Of a stretch of DNA of 30,307 nucleotides, positions 9,268 through 16,378 are shown piece by piece. The translations under genes were made by a program, and so were the position numbers. The stretch is taken from the NCBI GenBank assembly GCA_011372825.1, contig DSAK01000093.1, positions 1-30,307 of the forward strand, in the 5' to 3' direction. Position 1 is the stretch's first letter, and each line of letters starts with the position of its first letter. Source of the stretch: Campylobacterota bacterium (lineage in GTDB: Bacteria > Campylobacterota > Campylobacteria > Campylobacterales > Sulfurovaceae). A model generated the notes under the pieces. The model was not told where the DNA came from, searched no databases, and was given only the letters and a program-made list of their open reading frames with translations.

Positions 9268-9315
9268 ATAGTCTCCAATTTTAATTATTTGATTATCGCT
9301 TGATTTGACTTTGAT

Positions 9316-10095
9316 TTAGCTTGAGTGTAGCCCAAAAAGTCTATTTGCGTTTTTAGTTGTCAAATCTTCTATCTCCTCTACTTGACAGCCGCTCAAAGAT
9401 GCCATCTTATAAGCAATATCTACACAATAAGCAGGTTCATTTCTTTTTCCGCGGTGAGGATGTGGAGTAAGATACGGCGCATCTGTTTCTATAAGAAGTG
9501 TATCTTTGGGAATCTTAGGATAAATGTTTGCTAATTTTTTGGCATTTTGAAAGGTCAAAACACCCCCTATTCCAAAGAAAAAATTTCGTTTTGCTAAACT
9601 CAAAAGTTGCTCATCTGCGTTAAAACAATGCAATACACCACCCTTTGGTCCAGCATATTTAACCAAAATCTCCAAAGCATCCAAGCTTGCATCTCTTATA
9701 TGAACAATCAATGGCTTGTTGTGTTTGTTTGCAAAGAGGATTTGCTCTATAAAGACCTCTTTTTGCATCTTTTTTTCCAATGCCTTAGCATCATCATCTT
9801 CAGGTAGACGATGATAATCAAGCCCGCACTCTCCAATAGCTATACACTTAGGATGCTCTATAGCATCATCAAACATTTTATGATTAAATTCCTTTGCATA
9901 ATAAGGGTGCACCCCAATAGCAAAATAGATCTCATCATACTCCTCGCTTAATGCTATAGCTCTATGGAGTGTACTTGGATCAGCACCAGGGATAATATAT
10001 CGATTAACTCCGGCTTGTTTTGCAGCTTGAATAACATCATCTAAATCAGCTACATATCTCATATCATCAAGATGGCAATGGGTATCAATAATCAT
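9316..10095 (-). CDS. tatD: TatD-family hydrolase/nuclease
   Basis: IIDTHCHLD, GVHP, IGECGLDY, IVHIRDA, GVLHCF and LLIETDAPYL motifs. Confidence 0.95.
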   Translation of the reverse strand: MIIDTHCHLDDMRYVADLDDVIQAAKQAGVNRYIIPGADPSTLHRAIALSEEYDEIYFAIGVHPYYAKEFNHKMFDDAIEHPKCIAIGECGLDYHRLPEDDDAKALEKKMQKEVFIEQILFANKHNKPLIVHIRDASLDALEILVKYAGPKGGVLHCFNADEQLLSLAKRNFFFGIGGVLTFQNAKKLANIYPKIPKDTLLIETDAPYLTPHPHRGKRNEPAYCVDIAYKMASLSGCQVEEIEDLTTKNANRLFGLHSS

Positions 10096-10124
10096 CAAAT
10101 AAACCTAATAAAAAGTAGTGAGTA

Positions 10125-10133
10125 ATTATATCA
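10125..10133 (-). promoter_or_regulatory. Extended -10 for the tatD-rlpA-hisB-kdsC operon
   Basis: TGATATAAT about 30 nt upstream of tatD ATG 10095 and just past the upstream terminator. Confidence 0.6.
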
Positions 10134-10142
10134 AGAAGAGAT

Positions 10143-10175
10143 AAAAGAAGTAGCAACTCCCAAAATGGGGTTGCT
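10143..10175 (-). terminator. Probable rho-independent terminator after cytochrome c553
   Basis: On the minus strand, AGCAACCCC-ATTTT-GGGAGTTGCT forms a hairpin followed by ACTTCTTTT, starting 6 nt after the stop at 10182. Confidence 0.75.
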
Positions 10176-10181
10176 TATGAT

Positions 10182-10481
10182 TTAAAGACCAGCGATATAA
10201 TCAGCGAGTTCTCTCATAGTAGCATCATCCAAAGAAGCTACCATGTTTTTCATCACTCCACCCATACCATACTTGTTGAGTGTGCCTGCCTTATAACCTT
10301 GCAACTCTTGAAGAGTTGTAGCTGCATTGCGACCTGCAATTACAGCTGATTCTCCATGCGTAACTTGTTTTCTTCCATCAGCGCCATGGCAACTAGCACA
10401 TTTGCTAGCATATGTTACTGCTGGGTCAGCTAGCAAAAATGAAGTGCTAGCAAAAAGTGAAAGGGTAAATATTTTCTTCAT
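10182..10481 (-). CDS. Periplasmic class I monoheme cytochrome c (c553-like)
   Basis: Signal peptide, CASCH heme motif followed by GADG, LQGYKAG, and a candidate axial Met in MGGVM. Confidence 0.9.
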   Translation of the reverse strand: MKKIFTLSLFASTSFLLADPAVTYASKCASCHGADGRKQVTHGESAVIAGRNAATTLQELQGYKAGTLNKYGMGGVMKNMVASLDDATMRELADYIAGL

Positions 10482-10490
10482 GATATATCC

Positions 10491-10811
10491 TTAACAGCCG
10501 GGTATATTTCCTGAATCTGAAGCAAACTCATATGCAAAATCATACAAATCTTCGCTCCATTTATCTTGGTAGCTTTCTGCTACATTTGGGCAAATCTCTT
10601 TTACTTTATCTGCAAAAGTTCCTGCATCTTTTATCTCTTCCCACTTGTCTTGAGTGTAAGTAGCTGCAAATTTTGAACCGCCAAATCCACAACCATCTTT
10701 GAGAAATTTAGAGTAGAGTTTTTGACCTTTAGTAGCATCTGCAAAAGAACCTGTTGTCGCCATTGCAAGTCCAAGAAGAGTTACTAAAGCAAGAGTGGTT
10801 AGTTTTTTCAC
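10491..10811 (-). CDS. Secreted small protein with a cytochrome-c-like N-terminal helix but no CXXCH (uncharacterised)
   Basis: GTG start after AAAGGA, a signal peptide, then ADATKGQKLY. Cys at 41, 74 and 106 (C-terminal residue). The mature region has no His. Confidence 0.8.
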   Translation of the reverse strand: MKKLTTLALVTLLGLAMATTGSFADATKGQKLYSKFLKDGCGFGGSKFAATYTQDKWEEIKDAGTFADKVKEICPNVAESYQDKWSEDLYDFAYEFASDSGNIPGC

Positions 10812-10840
10812 TTTTAGTCCTTTTAATTTAATATTATCAG

Positions 10841-10882
10841 ATTATAACAATACAATTGTGAGAGTATTGTGGATAAATTAAG
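10841..10882 (-). promoter_or_regulatory. Extended -10 promoter with upstream 11-bp-periodic direct repeat (candidate response-regulator site)
   Basis: TGTTATAAT at 10849-10841; CACAAT at 10871-10866 and 10860-10855, plus a degenerate CTTAAT at 10882-10877. Confidence 0.6.
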
Positions 10883-10929
10883 AAATACTTTTTGTTGCAC
10901 TGCTCTAGCATTTTATGTATAGGGTATCT

Positions 10930-11265
10930 CTACTCTAATCTACCAATCACTTTATACTTTTCCCAGTAGATATTAATAGCTTCACGCAACTCCTCTTCAT
11001 CGATTTCAAGTGGCTCTTTTATCCCATAACGATCAATAAACAAATCGGGCATCACCGATATATCTCGAGCTGGATAACGAAAATAGTGTCTAAGTCCCAC
11101 TTTTACATTATTCTCTCCACCATATGCAGCCAAATATTTCATAAACATATTCTGTAAAGAAGAAGGGAGTGAGACATGACATGGAATGCAATGTTTTTCA
11201 TAGGCATTCTCTGCCAGAGCAAATCCACTTAAAAGCAACAGAAATAATATCTTTTTTATCACCAT
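10930..11265 (-). CDS. Uncharacterised exported monoheme c-type cytochrome
   Basis: Signal peptide ending ALA-E, CIPCH at residues 26-30, and a possible distal Met (SVMP). Its start overlaps the kinase stop by 7 nt. Confidence 0.75.
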   Translation of the reverse strand: MVIKKILFLLLLSGFALAENAYEKHCIPCHVSLPSSLQNMFMKYLAAYGGENNVKVGLRHYFRYPARDISVMPDLFIDRYGIKEPLEIDEEELREAINIYWEKYKVIGRLE

Positions 11266-12446
11266 CTTAACACCACCGTTGCACCTTGATTCTCTTTTGA
11301 GTGTACCTCAATAGATATATTATACTCATCTAAGATTTTTTTTACTATACTAAGCCCTATCCCAAACCCCCCTTCACTTTGATTGAAACGGATGTATCTA
11401 TCAAACATATAAGGAATCTGCTCTGGATTGATACCTATTCCTGTGTCGCTAATACTCAAAAATCCTTCTCGTAAAAAAACTACTATTTGCCCATTTCTTT
11501 TGTTGTATTTAATAGCATTTGATAGAAGATTATCAATAACCCTTGTTATCTTATGGGGGTTAATAGTAAGTATTGTTGGTGATAGAATCGCCTCAAAGAC
11601 TATCTCTTTTGATTTAGCTAAGGTATCAAAATACTCAATTCTATTTTCTAGCAATGCTTTTAGATCAACCTCTTCATTTTTACTTTCTAAATTATAATCT
11701 AAAAACAAATATGTCAAATCATTATAGAGCACTGAGACAGTTTTTGCTGCTGTACTGATGCGGTCAACCCTCTTTTTGTTGTTCTTGTCCATACTTGCAG
11801 TATCCATCATCTCAATATTTGCAAGTATAGTACTTAATGGGGTGTTTAGCTCATGGGTTGTATCTTTTATGAAACGGTCTAGTAGCATTATAGAGTTACG
11901 CATAGGTCCTAGAAAAAGCTTAGAAAAATAGAGTCCAAAAAGTGCGAAAACAAACCAACCAATTCCCCCGAACAAAAAAATCATCCTCCATGCTTCAGAC
12001 TGCCATAACTTATCATCTTCAATCTCCAAAAAAAGATATTTGGCCCCCAAATAATACTCATCTAGCATCTTAACAAAATAGATCTTATCCTCATGTATAT
12101 AAGTCTCTTTGTCAAAAATAACATTTTTTGTATCAAGAAGCGAAAATATCTCAACATACTCAAGATCATAAATGGCACTTTTAAACCGTGAATCTCTAGG
12201 ATAAGTGCGTCTTTCATCAAAGTAATGGTGGAGAGTTTTTAATTTTTTGATATGCTCATAGGCATAATTTGCCAAAATTCCCCTTTTGTTTGAAAGCATG
12301 ATTTTTTCTTGACTTTGATAATAAAAAATTGCAATTAAAACAATAATTCCAGTTGTCATCAAAAGATAAAGGATAAAAAAACGGACAAGAGATTGTTTTT
12401 CACTCTTGAGTAACGAACTTGTACCCCTGTTTTTTAATACTTGCAA
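11259..12446 (-). CDS. Sensor histidine kinase (HisKA + HATPase, two TM segments, periplasmic loop of about 110 aa)
   Basis: H-box FIKDTTHELNTPL, N-box NLLSNAIKYN, G1 DTGIGI and G2 GGFGIGLSIV; TTG start with AAGGA 5 nt upstream. Confidence 0.95.
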   Translation of the reverse strand: MQVLKNRGTSSLLKSEKQSLVRFFILYLLMTTGIIVLIAIFYYQSQEKIMLSNKRGILANYAYEHIKKLKTLHHYFDERRTYPRDSRFKSAIYDLEYVEIFSLLDTKNVIFDKETYIHEDKIYFVKMLDEYYLGAKYLFLEIEDDKLWQSEAWRMIFLFGGIGWFVFALFGLYFSKLFLGPMRNSIMLLDRFIKDTTHELNTPLSTILANIEMMDTASMDKNNKKRVDRISTAAKTVSVLYNDLTYLFLDYNLESKNEEVDLKALLENRIEYFDTLAKSKEIVFEAILSPTILTINPHKITRVIDNLLSNAIKYNKRNGQIVVFLREGFLSISDTGIGINPEQIPYMFDRYIRFNQSEGGFGIGLSIVKKILDEYNISIEVHSKENQGATVVLRW

Positions 12447-13086
12447 TCGAATCCTTACCTATAATTTTTCTAATATTCTTAATGTAAGTTCTTAGTGCTG
12501 TATCACTTGGCTCCTCATCATAATCCCATAAATGCTCATAGATAAACTCATGAGAAAGGACCTCTCCAATATGTTGCATAAAAAGCTTGAGAAGCTTGGA
12601 CTCTTTGTTTCCAAGTGAAATATGTTCCCCATTTACAATCAAATCATTTCCAGAGATATCATACGATATCCCTTTACCTAAAGATATCTCATTTTTTGAC
12701 TCATGAAAAAACTCTCGTCGCAAAAGTGTCTCTACCCTAATAAAAAGCTCTTTTAACTCAAAAGGTTTACGAATGTAATCATCGCAACCACTTACAAAAC
12801 CCTCCTCTAAATCATCAACACTATTTAGTGAAGTGATAAAAATTGCTGGAGTTTGCAGCCCTGCATCTCTAGCATCTTTTAAAAGTGTAAAGCCATTTAA
12901 ACCAGGGACATTTACATCAAGTAAAAGTAAGTCGTACCTAGTCTCATAAAGCTTATCTTGTGCCTCAATCCCATCATAAACACTCTCAACAAGATAGCCT
13001 TTAGATTCTAAAAAATCGACAATTGTTTCATTGAGCGTTGCATCGTCTTCAAGCAAAAAAATTTTACTTTTGTTTTTTGATTCCAT
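12400..13086 (-). CDS. OmpR/PhoB-family response regulator
   Basis: Receiver motifs LLEDD, LLLDVNVPG and DDYIRKPF; winged-helix LRTYIKNIRK and GYKF. Start is ATG 13086, because the ATG at 13116 sits inside the -10 box. Confidence 0.95.
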   Translation of the reverse strand: MESKNKSKIFLLEDDATLNETIVDFLESKGYLVESVYDGIEAQDKLYETRYDLLLLDVNVPGLNGFTLLKDARDAGLQTPAIFITSLNSVDDLEEGFVSGCDDYIRKPFELKELFIRVETLLRREFFHESKNEISLGKGISYDISGNDLIVNGEHISLGNKESKLLKLFMQHIGEVLSHEFIYEHLWDYDEEPSDTALRTYIKNIRKIIGKDSIASIKKQGYKFVTQE

Positions 13087-13114
13087 ATAGAGCCCTATCA
13101 AAAAAGTTAAAGCC

Positions 13115-13123
13115 ATTATATCA
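13115..13123 (-). promoter_or_regulatory. Extended -10 element for the response regulator-kinase-cytochrome operon
   Basis: TGATATAAT about 30 nt upstream of ATG 13086. Confidence 0.6.
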
Positions 13124-13205
13124 CAGTTAAATACAAAAGATTATCTCACTTTTATGTTTGAATAATTATTGAGTTCTGCTAAATTCACCCAATAAGAAAT
13201 ATTTA

Positions 13206-13607
13206 GTGTTACAAAAAAGTTTTATTTTTATTTTTTTACTCTTCATGCCACTCTTTGCAAAAGAGCACTAAGACAATTGTCTCCTTGAGACGCATACCAT
13301 CCCTAAGGATGCTATCATTATAGATGTAAGAACATCAAAAGAGTTTCAAAGTGGCCATCTAAAAGGCGCTATCAATATCACATATCTTTTGAAGAGAATG
13401 GAAAACGAACAGTAAATTCAAATTTTGTTGAGCAAGTCAATAAGCTAACAGACGAAGATTACGAAGTGCCAATTGTTGTTATATGCAGGATTGGTCACTG
13501 CTCTTTAGAAGTAGCAAAAGTTTACACAAAGAGAACTATGAAAATATCACCAATGTTAAAAAAGAATTTTTTAGAGACTGAAAAAAGCTGGACTACTTAT
13601 AGAGTAG
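13206..13607 (+). pseudogene. Decayed exported rhodanese-domain (sulfurtransferase) gene
   Basis: GTG 13206 gives a signal peptide MLQKSFIFIFLLFMPLFA-KEH and then TAA 13269-71. The same frame continues DAIIIDVRTSKEFQSGHLKGAINI. After a frameshift near 13381 comes ...PIVVICRIGHCS (Cys 13484-86), and after further shifts ENITNVKKEFFRD*K and AGLLIE* (TAG 13605-07). Confidence 0.85.
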
Positions 13608-13608
13608 T

Positions 13609-14700
13609 CTAGTTTTTCGTTTGATGTTTTGTGACAGTTTTTTCAATCTTTTTTCTCTCTAAGAGCATACGATCTTGAAAAAGTTTGCTCTTATCTTTTG
13701 CAAACGCTTGCATATCAACTACTTCGTCCATTTCATCAACTATCTCTACCCCAAGCAAAGCTTCAAACACATCTTCAAAGGTGACAACTCCACTTGTTTG
13801 ACCGTAGCTATCATGTACTATAAAAAGGTGGGATTTTCGTTTGACAAACAAATCTATCAAAGCAGAAACAGGTAAATTTTCTGAGATACGATGCACCTCT
13901 ATAGCTATATCACCTATCTTTGTGTCACCTCTTTCTTCAACACTCTCTTCTAAAATAGATTGACTCAAGACAATACCAACAATATCATCAATAGATTCAT
14001 TGTAAACTGGTATCCTGGAGTGAACATACATTCTGTCGTCTCCTAAGGCCTCTTCTACAGTTGTATCAACGCTCAAAGCAAAAACAACACTCCTTGGTGT
14101 CATAATCTCTTTTGATTTTATATTTTTAAGCTTCAAAAGATTCTCTATGAGCGTGCTCTCTTTGCTCAAAATAGAGCCATCTTTCTTGCCCATAGCAACA
14201 ATTGTCATTATCTCATCGCGAGAAAAATTGGTATCTGTTTTTTTCCCTTTTGAGATAAAATCTGTAATAAACCCAGAAAGCCAAACAAGTGGATAAGTAA
14301 TCTTGATAAAAAAAGATATCACAAAAGAGGCTGGTAATAGAAGTTGCTTCCAATAAAGTGCGCCAATGGTTTTAGGGATAATCTCAGATACATACAAAAT
14401 AAGCAGTGTGAGTACAAAAGCAATTAGTGCTTGCCATTGTGTCCCAAAAAGTATTTGTGCTTGAGCTCCAACTCCTGCTGCACCCATTGTGTGTGCAAAG
14501 GTGTTAAGAATCAAGATAGATGCAATTGGCTCATCGATATCAAGCTTAAATCGCTTCAGCCTCTCGACGGCTTTTGGGGATTGAGTTTTAGATAGACTCT
14601 CAATATACGAATTGGTACTTGAGAGTAATACCGCTTCTAGGATAGAACAAACAAAAGAGACAAAAAGAGCCAAAAAAAGATAGATAAAAAGAAGTGTCAT
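13609..14700 (-). CDS. CNNM/CorC-HlyC family transporter (DUF21 TM domain + CBS pair)
   Basis: SFVCSILEAVLLS, ILILNTFAH, SEIIPKTIG, EIMTPRSVV, HSRIPVY, DSYGQTSGVVTFED and EIVDEMD motifs. Likely start is ATG 14700 (AAGGTG 7 nt upstream); GTG 14709 is an alternative. Confidence 0.92.
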   Translation of the reverse strand: MTLLFIYLFLALFVSFVCSILEAVLLSSTNSYIESLSKTQSPKAVERLKRFKLDIDEPIASILILNTFAHTMGAAGVGAQAQILFGTQWQALIAFVLTLLILYVSEIIPKTIGALYWKQLLLPASFVISFFIKITYPLVWLSGFITDFISKGKKTDTNFSRDEIMTIVAMGKKDGSILSKESTLIENLLKLKNIKSKEIMTPRSVVFALSVDTTVEEALGDDRMYVHSRIPVYNESIDDIVGIVLSQSILEESVEERGDTKIGDIAIEVHRISENLPVSALIDLFVKRKSHLFIVHDSYGQTSGVVTFEDVFEALLGVEIVDEMDEVVDMQAFAKDKSKLFQDRMLLERKKIEKTVTKHQTKN

Positions 14701-14762
14701 GAATAACACCTTGGGGTATCAGAAGCAGAATAACGCCTACAGTCTGAATCGCTTGTATTCAT
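14697..14762 (-). CDS. Putative 21-aa upstream ORF/leader peptide MNTSDSDCRRYSASDTPRCYS
   Basis: ATG 14762 with AAGGG about 11 nt upstream. Its TGA overlaps the transporter ATG (ATGA). It lies downstream of an extended -10 at 14820-14812. Translation is not demonstrated. Confidence 0.4.
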   Translation of the reverse strand: MNTSDSDCRRYSASDTPRCYS

Positions 14763-14811
14763 AGATAATTTTTCCCTTGGGTAAAAAATAAATTTCAAAA
14801 CAATAAGGCGA

Positions 14812-14820
14812 ATTGTACCA
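14812..14820 (-). promoter_or_regulatory. Extended -10 for the CNNM transporter leader
   Basis: TGGTACAAT between the recN stop and the transporter; implies a leader of about 105 nt. Confidence 0.55.
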
Positions 14821-14845
14821 TAAAAAATAAAAAATAGATACTAAA

Positions 14846-16378
14846 TCAGCCAAGGAGTTTTTTAGCAAAATCAATTGCTTCAGTTGTTGCCTCTTTGCCA
14901 TCGATAATACGGGCTATCTCTTTGATGCGGCCATTTGCATCTAATGGAATTGCATGACTTGATTTTCCATCTTTATAAATCAATATATGCTGGTGTGCTT
15001 TTGACGCTAAATGGGGCTGATGTGAAATGGCAAAAATCTGATAACTACTTGAGAGTTTTAAAAGCATATTTGCAATAGCTATAGACTCATCTCCACTCAC
15101 ATTTGCATCTATCTCATCAAGTATGATAACCCCTTTGTTCTCCGATGTACTTGTTGTGGTGCTAGCAACCAGAAGTGCTAAACGGAGACGATTGAATTCA
15201 CCTCCACTCAGTGTAGATATGCTAGAATCTCCTAGCACTAAGTTTATCTCATCAAAACCATTATCACTTGGCTCAATTTGCACAACCTCAAAAGTGGCTT
15301 TTGGCAACTTAAGTTCGGCTAAAAATTGATCAAGTCTCTTTTTTAATTTATCTAACTCATTAATTCTAGCTTGAGAGATATCTTGACAAAGGGTCTTTAA
15401 AAGTTTGGTTTGTTTATCGATGAAGAGCTTAAGCTTACTTTTATCTTGTTCCATACTTTCATAGCTTTCAAGTTCTTTGCGTTTTTTATCTCTATAAAGG
15501 AGTGCATCTTCTATAGAACCATATCGATTTTTGAGTTCACTTATCGCTTCAATTCTATCTAGTACCTCTTCTATGTCGATATCTTGAAGCTCTAAACTTT
15601 TGGATGCAATCTCATCTATATCAATTCTAAGCTGATTCATTGCATCTTCAAAGAATTCACTTGATTTATCACTCAAAGAGTATAGATCAATCACCTTTTG
15701 CTCAAATTCAAATACCATTTCAGCTTTTTGCAACGCATCTTTTAGTTTATCAAGACGGGTGAGCTGCTGTTTCACACTCAACAAATACTCATCCTCACCA
15801 ATCTTAGGATTAATTGTGTCAATTTTTTTTATCTCAAAATTTGCCATCTCAATTTTATCAGCTAATTTCGATTCGTTATTGTAAATCTCTTCTAATTTTA
15901 GTTTGGCATTTTTCAACTCACTAAAAGTTTCTTGAAGCTTTGCAAGCAAGAAACTATGGTTTGGGTCTTTTGAGGAGATAGCTCTATCGATGATATCGAT
16001 TAAATCTTGACTTGTAATAGCTTTTTTATCTCTTACACTAAGATAGTGAACATAACGATCAAATAAATTTTTTAGACTTTTTTTGGGGATATTTTGATCA
16101 TTTAAATAGTAACGAACTTTATCTTTTTTGATAGATTTTACTACTATTATATCCTCAAGTTCATAAAGCTCGCTATCAAGCAATTTTGGTCTATTGATAG
16201 TTGCTTCGCACAAAGAGGCATAAGTTGGCAGAGAATAACCAAAATTTGACAACAATGCGCCCATAAGGACCGATTTACCAGCACCACTTGGACCTGTAAA
16301 AACTACCAGTGAATCATCAAAGTCCAACTTTAAGCTCTCAAAATCCAATAGCTCTTTAACAAGGAGTCTTTCAATCAT
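14846..16378 (-). CDS. recN: DNA repair protein RecN
   Basis: Walker A GPSGAGKS, coiled coil, signature LSGGE, Walker B IILDEID and ISHQPHLAS; adjacent to nadK. Confidence 0.93.
   Translation of the reverse strand: MIERLLVKELLDFESLKLDFDDSLVVFTGPSGAGKSVLMGALLSNFGYSLPTYASLCEATINRPKLLDSELYELEDIIVVKSIKKDKVRYYLNDQNIPKKSLKNLFDRYVHYLSVRDKKAITSQDLIDIIDRAISSKDPNHSFLLAKLQETFSELKNAKLKLEEIYNNESKLADKIEMANFEIKKIDTINPKIGEDEYLLSVKQQLTRLDKLKDALQKAEMVFEFEQKVIDLYSLSDKSSEFFEDAMNQLRIDIDEIASKSLELQDIDIEEVLDRIEAISELKNRYGSIEDALLYRDKKRKELESYESMEQDKSKLKLFIDKQTKLLKTLCQDISQARINELDKLKKRLDQFLAELKLPKATFEVVQIEPSDNGFDEINLVLGDSSISTLSGGEFNRLRLALLVASTTTSTSENKGVIILDEIDANVSGDESIAIANMLLKLSSSYQIFAISHQPHLASKAHQHILIYKDGKSSHAIPLDANGRIKEIARIIDGKEATTEAIDFAKKLLG

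Noticed and set aside
10868-10876. Perfect DnaA box (TTATCCACA on the minus strand), with a second copy at 30251-30259
   Set aside because: The copies are isolated with no cluster or DUE and no dnaA nearby. One or two chance 9-mers are plausible in 30 kb of AT-rich DNA. The first overlaps the CACAAT repeat, which is the more structured explanation.
14718-14745. GCAGAATAACGCCTAC resembles the 3' end of the fluoride (crcB) riboswitch
   Set aside because: It is on the strand opposite to the downstream gene and lacks the 5' GGnGAUGG element. I also found no M-box or yybP-ykoY consensus on the sense strand.
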